From an uncultured Bacilli bacterium (GTDB lineage Bacteria > Bacillota_I > Bacilli_A > RFN20 > CAG-449): 64,000 bases of DNA. Under the pieces are notes generated by a model, which ran no database searches, was not told the origin of the DNA, and saw only the letters and a program-made list of their open reading frames with translations. Position numbers and translations under genes: made by a program. Every line of letters begins with the position of its first letter. Position 1 is the stretch's first letter. Location: contig CANRDP010000001.1 of NCBI GenBank assembly GCA_947629415.1, positions 11,290-75,289 of the forward strand, given 5' to 3'. Shown here in pieces: positions 11,940-20,011 of this stretch.

Positions 11940-12000
11940 GTAAGTGAAAGCACTTACAATTAATTTTTAAGGATATTTATGAACTATGTTCGGATATACG
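11940..12000 (+). promoter_or_regulatory. Bipartite conserved operator or leader motif, copy 1
   Basis: GTAAGTGAAAGCACTTAC (7-bp inverted repeat with a 4-nt centre) lies at 11940-11957, 6 nt after the -10. TTATGAACTATGTTCGGATATACG lies at 11978-12000. Near-identical copies occur at 15090-15149 and 20012-20067. Confidence 0.55.
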
Positions 12001-12063
12001 GATTAATTGATATCTTTTTGTTCTGTTGTTCATAAATGCCATGAAAGGATTAGGAAAGAAAAA

Positions 12064-13161
12064 ATGAAAAAAAGATTATTAGTTTTATCGTTAGCAGGTG
12101 TCGTGCTTTTCGGATGCAATAATGAAATTGTTGATTCGCAATCTGCAACATCAACGGGGGGGGGTACTTCGTCGGTAGGTACCACTTCACAAAATGCATC
12201 TTCAAGCAGTAATTCAGTAGTATCGGAAGGAAATAGTACTTCATCAAGTTCTTCGGTGTCTTCAAGTTCTTCTGTATCTTCAAGTTCTTCGGAAAGTTCC
12301 TCTTCACAAAGTTCTTCAGAAGAAGCGAAACAACAAGCTACCACAGTTTATCTTTTAGGAGAACAAGTTGCGGCAAAAGTAGATATGAAACCAAGCTCTA
12401 CCAATTATAAGTATTATTATCCAGCTAAGGGATTTGGAGAAACTTTGCCGGATTATTTTAACGAAAATGTAACTTTTAAGAATTTATCTGCGAATCAAGG
12501 CAGCGTTAATTCATATACATTCCCAACTGATGCAAAAACTAGTGAAGGATATAATGATTATGTGGCAAATTTGAAACAAGGAGATTATGTCTTAATTTCA
12601 TTTGGTATTAATGATCGAAAAATAGATACGAGCAAAAATCTGAATGGTGTTGCGTTAGGAACGGAAGAAGGACAATTTCAATATAATTTAACAAAATATG
12701 TAAACGAAGCTAAAAGCAAAGGAGCAACTCCGATCTTATTAACACCTTATGTATCTTATGATAGTAGTAAAAAATATGAAGCAAATAGTAAATATCTTTA
12801 TAACAAAGCAGAAACCAAGGCACACGAAGGAAATTATCCTCAGGCCATTCGCGATTTGGCGGAAGAATTAGATGTTATGTGTATAGATAATACTACTTGG
12901 ACAGCGGATTTATTTAGAAGTGCTCCTTCCGATGAAGACGTTCAAAAGTGGTATTGTTGGAAAAACTCTGAGGCAGATGGAAAACTGATGACAAATACAT
13001 TTAATGCCTATGGCGCACAGAAAATTGGTTATCATATTGCTGATGTATTGAAAAATAGTCAAAATGCTCTAGGAAAGTACATTAAGGATGATATTGAAGA
13101 TCCGACAGAAGCAGAATATTTAATAGCAAATACAGAAAATTATGTTAAAAGTAATAGTTAA
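12064..13161 (+). CDS. SGNH/GDSL-fold lipoprotein, a catalytically inactive paralog (CE12 RGAE-like pseudoenzyme)
   Basis: Lipobox signal MKKRLLVLSLAGVVLFGC followed by a 60-aa Ser-rich linker. It is homologous to the downstream gene, but GDS is replaced by GEQ (VYLLGEQVAAK) and DGTH by DGKL, so the nucleophilic Ser and the His are both lost. The track start at 12007 was rejected because ATG 12064 has an RBS. Confidence 0.6.
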   Translation: MKKRLLVLSLAGVVLFGCNNEIVDSQSATSTGGGTSSVGTTSQNASSSSNSVVSEGNSTSSSSSVSSSSSVSSSSSESSSSQSSSEEAKQQATTVYLLGEQVAAKVDMKPSSTNYKYYYPAKGFGETLPDYFNENVTFKNLSANQGSVNSYTFPTDAKTSEGYNDYVANLKQGDYVLISFGINDRKIDTSKNLNGVALGTEEGQFQYNLTKYVNEAKSKGATPILLTPYVSYDSSKKYEANSKYLYNKAETKAHEGNYPQAIRDLAEELDVMCIDNTTWTADLFRSAPSDEDVQKWYCWKNSEADGKLMTNTFNAYGAQKIGYHIADVLKNSQNALGKYIKDDIEDPTEAEYLIANTENYVKSNS

Positions 13162-13179
13162 TAAAAACAAAGGAAAAAT

Positions 13180-14910
13180 ATGAAAAAAAAGAAATTACTT
13201 GTTTTATCATTGACGAGCTTTGCTCTATTCGCTTGTGGAAATACAGGAGAAACGAGTGCAACAACATCCTCTGTTGCATCATCTTCAGTTTCTTCAAATA
13301 GCGAAAATGACAGTAGTTCTCAAACGAGTTCATCCGTTGAACCATTAAAGGCTACGACATTGTATATGATTGGTGATTCCACTTGTGCGAATTATGACTT
13401 AGCGACAAAAAATACAACGTATTACTACCAAATTCAAGGTTTCGGAACAACAATCAAAGATTATTTCAAAAAAGAAGTAACGGTTAAAAATCTTGGTGTT
13501 GGTGGTGCTTCTACAAAGAGTTTCCCAACGGAAGATAAGTCGAAAGAAAATTATGCGGAATTTAAAAATAATGTAAAAGCAGGGGATTATGCGATTATTA
13601 CTTTTGGGCATAATGATGAAAAGAAAACAGCTGTTGGTACACAGCTAGGAACGATTGCAGATACAATTACAAGCGATACGTTCCAAGGATATCTTTATTC
13701 CAATTATATTAAGGTATGTCTTGATGCCGGTGCTACACCGATTCTTGCTACACCTATTGCGCGTTATGATAGCAAAGGAAATTGGGAAGAAGGCACTAAG
13801 TACTTACATGTAATGACGGAAGATTCAACTTTCAATGCAGGGGATTATGCTCAAGCTATTCGTGATGTGGCTGAAAAATATTCCCTAACTTGTATTGATA
13901 CAACCAAAATGACAGGAGATGCTTTAAGAGCCCTAGGAGCGGAAGAGGGTAAAAAATGGTATGGTTGGCCAACTTCCACATCTTATGATGGTACGCATGT
14001 CAATATTTATGGAGCACAACAAGTGGGTTATATGATGGCAAAAACATTGAAGGAATCCACAAATAATTTAGGAAAGTATGTCGTAGATGATTTAAAAGCA
14101 CCGACAGAAGCAGAATATTTAAAACAAAATCCTTCATATGTTGAACCGACATATATAGCACCGGGAGAAGGAACATGGTCTAGCCATTGGAATACGACAA
14201 ATAATTGGCATGGATCTGTTTTCGGAGGAATGAAAAAAAGTAGTTTTGCCAAAGAACTCGATAAATACTCTATCACGGAAAATGGTGGAACATCCGCGGA
14301 TGGAACATTAAGTGTCACTTTAGCAGATACGGATCCTAATTACTCGGGAAGATTGAATTCGACTGCCGACGGAATGGTGATGTATTTCCAACAAATCAAC
14401 AAAAATGATTCATTTACTTTGGAAGCAAGCGTGAAAATCGATGACTTGACGAGTGATGCGGTACGACAACAGCAGAATGCTGTGGGTATTATGGTTCGTG
14501 ATGATATGTATATTGATCAATACATTTCTGGTTTGACTTCTCGTTATGCCGCGGCAGGATATTACGGAACAGCTTTTGATGAAGCCGGATCGTATACATA
14601 TTGTGCTTGGGCAAGAAGATATGATGATACGAATACAACCGAAGGAAAAAAAGATAGAATTAAAGAATCGTATTATCCTAAAGAAAATAGCACGATTGAT
14701 GTAAAGATTGTAAAAAATGATACTTCTGTTCAAACATATTACAAACTAGCTACGGATTCTCAATATCAAGAAGGACAATCTTTTGATACCGATTTAGAAT
14801 TAACAGCTGTGGATTCGGATTATGTCTATGCAGGTCTCTTCCTCTGCGGAGGAGCAGGAATGACGGCAACCTTTACGAATGTGAAGTTAACAATCAATCC
14901 TGTTGAGTAA
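13180..14910 (+). CDS. SGNH/GDSL esterase lipoprotein (rhamnogalacturonan acetylesterase/CE12-like) with a C-terminal beta-sandwich extension
   Basis: Lipobox LFAC. The SGNH blocks are intact: I MIGDSTCANY, II LGVGGAST, III FGHNDEK, V DGTHVN. A C-terminal domain of about 250 aa has unknown function and could be a carbohydrate-binding module (CBM). Confidence 0.6.
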   Translation: MKKKKLLVLSLTSFALFACGNTGETSATTSSVASSSVSSNSENDSSSQTSSSVEPLKATTLYMIGDSTCANYDLATKNTTYYYQIQGFGTTIKDYFKKEVTVKNLGVGGASTKSFPTEDKSKENYAEFKNNVKAGDYAIITFGHNDEKKTAVGTQLGTIADTITSDTFQGYLYSNYIKVCLDAGATPILATPIARYDSKGNWEEGTKYLHVMTEDSTFNAGDYAQAIRDVAEKYSLTCIDTTKMTGDALRALGAEEGKKWYGWPTSTSYDGTHVNIYGAQQVGYMMAKTLKESTNNLGKYVVDDLKAPTEAEYLKQNPSYVEPTYIAPGEGTWSSHWNTTNNWHGSVFGGMKKSSFAKELDKYSITENGGTSADGTLSVTLADTDPNYSGRLNSTADGMVMYFQQINKNDSFTLEASVKIDDLTSDAVRQQQNAVGIMVRDDMYIDQYISGLTSRYAAAGYYGTAFDEAGSYTYCAWARRYDDTNTTEGKKDRIKESYYPKENSTIDVKIVKNDTSVQTYYKLATDSQYQEGQSFDTDLELTAVDSDYVYAGLFLCGGAGMTATFTNVKLTINPVE

Positions 14911-14952
14911 AAAATAAATTAAATCGTAAAAGAAGATGAGAATTTTATGAAT

Positions 14953-14995
14953 AGGCGGTTTACCAATGGGCTAAACCGCTTATTCATTTTTTTCA
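14953..14995 (+). terminator. Rho-independent terminator
   Basis: GCGGTTTA-ccaatgggc-TAAACCGC followed by the T-rich stretch ttattcattttttt. Confidence 0.5.
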
Positions 14996-15028
14996 TTATT
15001 ATTTGTTGCACTTAGATTATAATTAACG
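14984..15028. repeat. 45-nt intergenic element, copy A
   Basis: TCATTTTTTTCATTATTATTTGTTGCACTTAGATTATAATTAACG matches 43930-43974 at about 38 of 45 positions. Confidence 0.5.
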
Positions 15029-15054
15029 CAATTACCACAAAAGAGGATAATTAT

Positions 15055-15083
15055 TTGACTTTCAACCGAATTTGCTTTAAGAT
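15055..15083 (+). promoter_or_regulatory. Promoter of the GH105-like operon
   Basis: TTGACT at 15055-15060, a 17-nt spacer, TAAGAT at 15078-15083. Confidence 0.4.
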
Positions 15084-15089
15084 AAGAAT

Positions 15090-15149
15090 GTAAGTGTAAG
15101 CACTTACAAATTTATTTATACAAACTTATGAACAATGTTCGGATATACG
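15090..15149 (+). promoter_or_regulatory. Bipartite conserved operator or leader motif, copy 2
   Basis: GTAAGTGTAAGCACTTAC at 15090-15107 lies 6 nt after the -10. TTATGAACAATGTTCGGATATACG lies at 15126-15149. Confidence 0.55.
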
Positions 15150-15173
15150 AATTTGTGCAAAAGAGGAGAGTAG

Positions 15174-16373
15174 ATGAAATTCTTGGAAAAAGAAATTGAA
15201 ATGAACCTGGAATCATATATTACGGATTTATGTATTCGTTCTACTTATGAAAGACCTCTTTGGAATCAGGAAATATTGATGGGATTAAAAAAACCCGGTT
15301 GGAATTATATTGATGGTTGCATGTTCAATGGGTTATTAAGTCTTTATGAGGAGAATCATAATGATAAAATTATCGAATATATTGATCATTATATATCTCC
15401 ATTGATTGATGAAAACGGATATATAAAGATTTATTATTACAATAATTATAATCAATATACTGAAGAAGGACATGATTCGGATCCATGCAATGAAGGAAAA
15501 GTTCTTTTTACTTTATATGAAAAAACGCATAAAGAAAAATATCGTAAGGCAATTGAATTTCTTCATAAACAAATCGAAGAATTACCGAGAATCCAAGGAA
15601 ATTTTTGGCATAAAGAAAAATATCCCAATCAAATCTGGCTGGATGGATTATATATGATTCAACCTTTTTATGCTATGTATGAAAAGAAGTTTAATTGTGA
15701 AAGAAATTTCAATGATATTGTTTATCAATTAGAAAATTGTTTTGATTTGACCTTTGATAAAAAAACTTCTTTAATGATGCATGGATATGATGGAAATTAT
15801 TTAGATAGCAAAGAAAAGATGATATGGTCTAAAGAAAAAAACGGGCAATCAAAGATTGCTTGGCTCAGAGCTTGCGGATGGTATGAAATGGCTCTTGTGG
15901 ATACTTATGAATATATCAATCAACCAAGATTACAAAGTAAATTAAAAAATCTGTTACAAATTACAATCGATGGATTGATGAAGTATAAAGTAAAAAATAC
16001 GGATATGTTCTATCAAGTCATTGATAAAAAGAAAAAAGCAGGAAATTATTTTGAAACTTCCGGATCACTCATGATTGCATATGCGATTTTAAAAGGGTGT
16101 CGACTTAAGATGCTGACGAAGCGATATCAAGAAATGGGATTACGTATCTTCCGCGGAGTACTGAAAAAATATTTTTATAGGGGAAAAGATGATAAATTTC
16201 ATTTGGGAGGTATATGCATTGGGGCAGGGCTATCGGCGTCGAAAACCGATCGGAATGTTGGAACATATCGAATGTATATTTCTCGAAAAGTGGTTCAAGA
16301 TGATGGAAAAGCCATTGGACCTCTGATGATGGTATTATCAGAAATACATAGAATGGAAAAGGAGAGTGTATGA
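15174..16373 (+). CDS. Glycoside hydrolase family 105/88-like (unsaturated rhamnogalacturonyl/glucuronyl hydrolase), cytoplasmic
   Basis: 399 aa with no signal peptide. The (alpha/alpha)6 Glyco_hydro_88-type motifs WNYIDGCMFNGLL, IWLDGLYMIQPFYAMY, HGYD and AWLRACGWYEMALVDTYEY resemble YteR/YesR and UGL. Confidence 0.55.
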   Translation: MKFLEKEIEMNLESYITDLCIRSTYERPLWNQEILMGLKKPGWNYIDGCMFNGLLSLYEENHNDKIIEYIDHYISPLIDENGYIKIYYYNNYNQYTEEGHDSDPCNEGKVLFTLYEKTHKEKYRKAIEFLHKQIEELPRIQGNFWHKEKYPNQIWLDGLYMIQPFYAMYEKKFNCERNFNDIVYQLENCFDLTFDKKTSLMMHGYDGNYLDSKEKMIWSKEKNGQSKIAWLRACGWYEMALVDTYEYINQPRLQSKLKNLLQITIDGLMKYKVKNTDMFYQVIDKKKKAGNYFETSGSLMIAYAILKGCRLKMLTKRYQEMGLRIFRGVLKKYFYRGKDDKFHLGGICIGAGLSASKTDRNVGTYRMYISRKVVQDDGKAIGPLMMVLSEIHRMEKESV

Positions 16374-17890
16374 TGAAAAAACGATTCTTATTTTTAACGG
16401 GAGTATTGTTATCTCTTTGTGCCTGTGGGGGAACGAATTCCGAGATCCCCGAATCGCATCTTCGATTTAATAATATTGCAATCCGCGAATCCAAACTTGT
16501 AGCCGGTGCCATTGATGTTTTTGTTGAAACACTGGATAAAGATGTCGATATCTATTATCTTTTTGTGGATCATGAGGCAAAAGCACCTGCAGTTTCTCAA
16601 ATCATAGAGGGAAAAGACTATGATGGGGTGAAAGTATTGAGTTATGGTTCCGAAAAAGATATGGTTTATAAAACAGTCACCGGTTTTGATGAATTGGCAT
16701 GGATTGATTTTTATTGTGTACTTCAACAGGAAAATAAAATTTCGGATATCTATTCGACAAGCGTTATGACATTAGATGCTAAAGGCGTAGAAGATAAAGG
16801 AGATGGTACATTAGAAAATCCTTATCGTATATACACTGTAGAAGATTTAGAACAGGTAGGAGCAGAAAGTAGTACATTAAGTGCTTATTATGAACTTCAA
16901 AATGATCTGGATTTGAGTGCTTTTTACGGAGAAGAAAAAAAATCCTTTACACCTATAGGGACGCAAACGGGATCTGCGAAGGCATTTAATGGATCGTTTA
17001 ACGGAAAAGGATATACGATTTCCAATCTTTATATTAATTCAACTTCCGAATCTACAGGATTGTTTGGACAATTAGGTGCAGACGGAGTAATTTCTAATCT
17101 AAATATTGAAAATGCAAAAGTATATTCCACACAACAACGTACGGGTATTGTTGTAGGATACTCCAAGGGTACTGTGGCTAATATCAATGTAATCAACGGA
17201 ACGATTCATGGAACAAGAAAAGTCGGCGGTGCCATCGGAGATGTTTATGAAACAGGTCTTTGCAATCGTATTTTTGTAAAAGATACTTATGTCAAAGGAA
17301 CCGGTGATGATGTCGGTGGTTTAATCGGATGTGTTGATGCTACGGCAGGAGATACAAATCCTATTGAAGTTAAAAATAGTTATGCTATAGCTACGGTAGA
17401 AGGAACTAAGTATGCCGGGGGATTCATCGGATATGCCCGATGCATGCTTATTGATGGTTGCTATGCAATGGTAAATATTACCGGTACAGAAGGTGTCGGT
17501 GCTTTTATTGGAATGGCTCAACATCGTAGCGGTTCTCCGGTTCAACCGAAAGTTTCGAATTGCTTTGCTTTAAAAGGGCATGCCGAAGGAACATCGAATG
17601 CGGGAAAATTCTTTGGTAATTTTTCAACTTCCAATGGAGGTGTAGATACTTCAAAGATTTATTATAGTCAGATTACTCTTACTGCACCAACGGATAAAAC
17701 GGGTAATTATGGCCAGGAAATCACTTGGTTTAATTCTAGTAATGAATTGAAAGCATGGATAGAAAATACACAAAATATTCAACTGGATTTTGAATATTCT
17801 TGGGAAATTCAGGAAAATGCTTTGCGACCTACTCTGAAAAATTCGAAAGCATATGATGACGGAGTCACGATGAGCATAGGAGGAGAATAA
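16370..17890 (+). CDS. GLUG-motif right-handed beta-helix lipoprotein
   Basis: Lipobox LSLCAC. Conserved module GDGTLENPYRIYTVEDLEQVG...FNGSFNGKGYTISNLYINS, followed by repeated GG(L/I)(I/A)G turns (VGGAIGDV, VGGLIGCV, AGGFIGYA, VGAFIGMA). A paralog lies at 35246-37018. Confidence 0.5.
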   Translation: MMKKRFLFLTGVLLSLCACGGTNSEIPESHLRFNNIAIRESKLVAGAIDVFVETLDKDVDIYYLFVDHEAKAPAVSQIIEGKDYDGVKVLSYGSEKDMVYKTVTGFDELAWIDFYCVLQQENKISDIYSTSVMTLDAKGVEDKGDGTLENPYRIYTVEDLEQVGAESSTLSAYYELQNDLDLSAFYGEEKKSFTPIGTQTGSAKAFNGSFNGKGYTISNLYINSTSESTGLFGQLGADGVISNLNIENAKVYSTQQRTGIVVGYSKGTVANINVINGTIHGTRKVGGAIGDVYETGLCNRIFVKDTYVKGTGDDVGGLIGCVDATAGDTNPIEVKNSYAIATVEGTKYAGGFIGYARCMLIDGCYAMVNITGTEGVGAFIGMAQHRSGSPVQPKVSNCFALKGHAEGTSNAGKFFGNFSTSNGGVDTSKIYYSQITLTAPTDKTGNYGQEITWFNSSNELKAWIENTQNIQLDFEYSWEIQENALRPTLKNSKAYDDGVTMSIGGE

Positions 17891-17891
17891 A

Positions 17892-19904
17892 ATGAAAAAG
17901 ATATGGAAAAAAGGTTTAATTATTGTTTCATTGACAACGATACTTCCTTTCGTGTCTTGTAACGCAAATCAAGAAAATTCGAATGCTTCTACTTCGGAGA
18001 ATACAAGTGAATCAACGGAAGTAAAAACAAATTTTGAAATTGTTAAAGAATTTATGGATTCATTTTCCATTGATAATTCGGATGCGATTATTCAAAATAT
18101 TTATTTGCCGAAAAAATTTGCTTTGGAAGGAGTTGTCACATGGCAAAGCAGTGAACCGAAAGTTATCACCAGTGAAGGTCATGTGACACGAAATAAGGAA
18201 AAAGATGTTCCGGTTACTTTAACGGCTATTGCTATGTTAGGATCTACAAGAGAACAACGAGTGTATCATGTAGTAGTAAAAAAAGTAAATGAAACTGCCG
18301 AAGGCAAAATTGATGAAGCGATGTCTCAGTTTACTTTACTGGAAAACAACACGATTGACCGCGATATTATGGTTCTTCCTCGTGTCACAGATATTAATGG
18401 CGTTTATATTACTTGGGAAACTTCCGATGCTTCCATTATTGATTTAAAGGGAAATGTTTATCGGGGGAATGAAGAAAAGAAAGTGACTTTGACTGGAACT
18501 TTCTCTTATGGAGAATATCGTAAGAAAAAATCCTTTGAAATCGTTGTACAGACAAAGGCCGACGACAGTATTCCTGTGATCGATGAAAATGATTCTCGAA
18601 TTTTAAATAAAGTGTATGTCGCCAGTGTCGTGGATATTGTTACCGCGGGATTGGATGCTAGACCAGGTGATGCTATTATCTTAAGAGATGGTACTTATAT
18701 GAATGTGGAGTTTAATATTGAACGCTCCGGCACAGCAGAACATCCTATTTTCATTTTTGCCGAACATCCTGGAAAAGTGATTTTAAGTGGAGAATCAAGA
18801 ATCAATATTCTGGCAGATTATGTTATTGTCGCAAATTTCCGATTTGAAAACGGCTATCCTTCTAAAGATAGTGGTGTGGTTAATCTTGAAGGAAATCATC
18901 TGCGCTTTACAAACAATGTTATCAAAGAATACGAAATCCATGAAAATGATTACAAATGGTTATCTTTAAGAGGAAGATTTCATGAGATCGATCGAAATAC
19001 TTTTGATGGCAAAACGACCGGAGGATCTTTGTTAACCATTTGGAGAGATGATATGTTCTCTCAGGATCACCACATTCATCATAATCAATTCTTGAATTAC
19101 CAAGAAGCCGGAGGTGCCAATGGATATGAAACCATTCGTGTCGGCACATCTACTTATTCACAAACGGATTCCAATGTTTTGATCGAAAATAATCTATTTG
19201 AAAATATTTCCGGAGAAATTGAAATTATTTCCATTAAATCAGGAAGAACGATTGTACGTAATAATACCTTTAAAACCTGTAAGGGTCTTGTTACCGCACG
19301 TCATGGAAAAAATGATTTGATTGAAAACAATGTCTTTCTTTGTGGGCGTGAAAAAAGTGATGGTTCCATTGAACGTATTGATGATACCGGAGGCATTCGT
19401 ATGTATGATGCCGGACATGTTGTCCGTAATAATTACATGCAGGATGTCGAAACTTCTTCCAACACCCGTGCGGGAATTGTCGTACATTCGGGAGTGAACG
19501 ATTATGGTGATACAACCGTCATGAATCTCCAGTGGACTCCGTTTAATGTCTTGATTCAGGATAATACGATTATTAATAGCCGCAACAGCATTTTGATTGG
19601 AGGAAAATATAGTATTCCGTGCAAAGATGTTACTTTTGATAATAATCTTGTTGTTTCACCAACCTATGGTGCGATACGCTATGATAAAAATCCTGTAAAT
19701 CCCACTTGGATCAATAATCATTTCTATGCACCTACTTACTTAGAAAGTAATAGTGCGTTTAAAGATGTAATAGCTCCCGATTGGTTTTCAACGGCGATAC
19801 CGCAACTGATTAAAGGAGAAAACGGATTATATAAAATAGCAGAAAATTACGGCGCTTCTAATCTCACGGTTCAAACCAGTGAGACTACAGGAACAAATTA
19901 TTAA
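17892..19904 (+). CDS. Polysaccharide lyase lipoprotein with a PL6-like parallel beta-helix and two N-terminal Ig-like repeats
   Basis: Lipobox PFVSC. The motif GEIEIISIKSGRTIVRNNTFKTCKGLVTARHGKNDLIENNVF matches the PL6 (chondroitinase B/AlyP) catalytic region, with the Lys of IKS and the Arg of RHG conserved. Two roughly 90-aa repeats precede the helix. Confidence 0.5.
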   Translation: MKKIWKKGLIIVSLTTILPFVSCNANQENSNASTSENTSESTEVKTNFEIVKEFMDSFSIDNSDAIIQNIYLPKKFALEGVVTWQSSEPKVITSEGHVTRNKEKDVPVTLTAIAMLGSTREQRVYHVVVKKVNETAEGKIDEAMSQFTLLENNTIDRDIMVLPRVTDINGVYITWETSDASIIDLKGNVYRGNEEKKVTLTGTFSYGEYRKKKSFEIVVQTKADDSIPVIDENDSRILNKVYVASVVDIVTAGLDARPGDAIILRDGTYMNVEFNIERSGTAEHPIFIFAEHPGKVILSGESRINILADYVIVANFRFENGYPSKDSGVVNLEGNHLRFTNNVIKEYEIHENDYKWLSLRGRFHEIDRNTFDGKTTGGSLLTIWRDDMFSQDHHIHHNQFLNYQEAGGANGYETIRVGTSTYSQTDSNVLIENNLFENISGEIEIISIKSGRTIVRNNTFKTCKGLVTARHGKNDLIENNVFLCGREKSDGSIERIDDTGGIRMYDAGHVVRNNYMQDVETSSNTRAGIVVHSGVNDYGDTTVMNLQWTPFNVLIQDNTIINSRNSILIGGKYSIPCKDVTFDNNLVVSPTYGAIRYDKNPVNPTWINNHFYAPTYLESNSAFKDVIAPDWFSTAIPQLIKGENGLYKIAENYGASNLTVQTSETTGTNY

Positions 19905-19914
19905 CTCACCTTTT

Positions 19915-19934
19915 CCCTCTTGAAAAATAGAGGG
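19915..19934 (+). terminator. Weak terminator-like hairpin
   Basis: CCCTCT-tgaaaaat-AGAGGG with a poor U-tract. Confidence 0.25.
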
Positions 19935-19977
19935 ACCTCCTTTCTAGTTTACCAAACCCTTTTTGAAGATAGGATAA

Positions 19978-20005
19978 TTGACAAAAATGGTGGATATGCT
20001 AGAAT
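19978..20005 (+). promoter_or_regulatory. Promoter of the transporter and lyase operon
   Basis: TTGACA at 19978-19983, a 16-nt spacer, TAGAAT at 20000-20005. Confidence 0.45.
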
Positions 20006-20011
20006 GGAAGC

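Noticed and set aside
11940-11957. Reading the GTAAGTGAAAGCACTTAC palindrome simply as a CcpA cre site
   Set aside because: This is not fully rejected. However, the extended perfect 7-bp arms, the identical phasing with the second GTTCGGATATA element and the loss of the central CG in all three copies fit a dedicated operator or leader structure better than degenerate cre.
11765-11963. Small ORFs (62 aa on the minus strand, 61 aa on the plus strand) between the ATP-grasp gene and the lipoprotein operon, as possible graspetide or RiPP precursors
   Set aside because: They lie in AT-rich promoter DNA and are poly-Phe/Lys nonsense. There is no RBS and no conserved core motif.
12007-12063. Upstream extensions of several track ORFs (12007, 30191, 33145, 34290, 45032, 46714, 48011, 55015, 56195, 58347, 343, 2601)
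   Set aside because: In each case an internal ATG/GTG/TTG preceded by a good Shine-Dalgarno gives a canonical N-terminus (signal peptide or conserved start). The longer frames run through upstream genes, terminators or the regulatory motif.
12190-12320. Ser-codon tandem repeats (also at 13230-13340 and 39400-39640) as a possible CRISPR or mobile repeat
   Set aside because: They are in-frame low-complexity linkers within lipoprotein genes. There is no regular repeat-spacer periodicity.
12030-12344. Acidic minus-strand ORFs (104 aa and 85 aa) opposite the lipoprotein 5' end
   Set aside because: Complement of the Ser-codon-rich linker (TCT/TCA/AGT repeats). The sense lipoprotein has the signal peptide, an RBS and homology.
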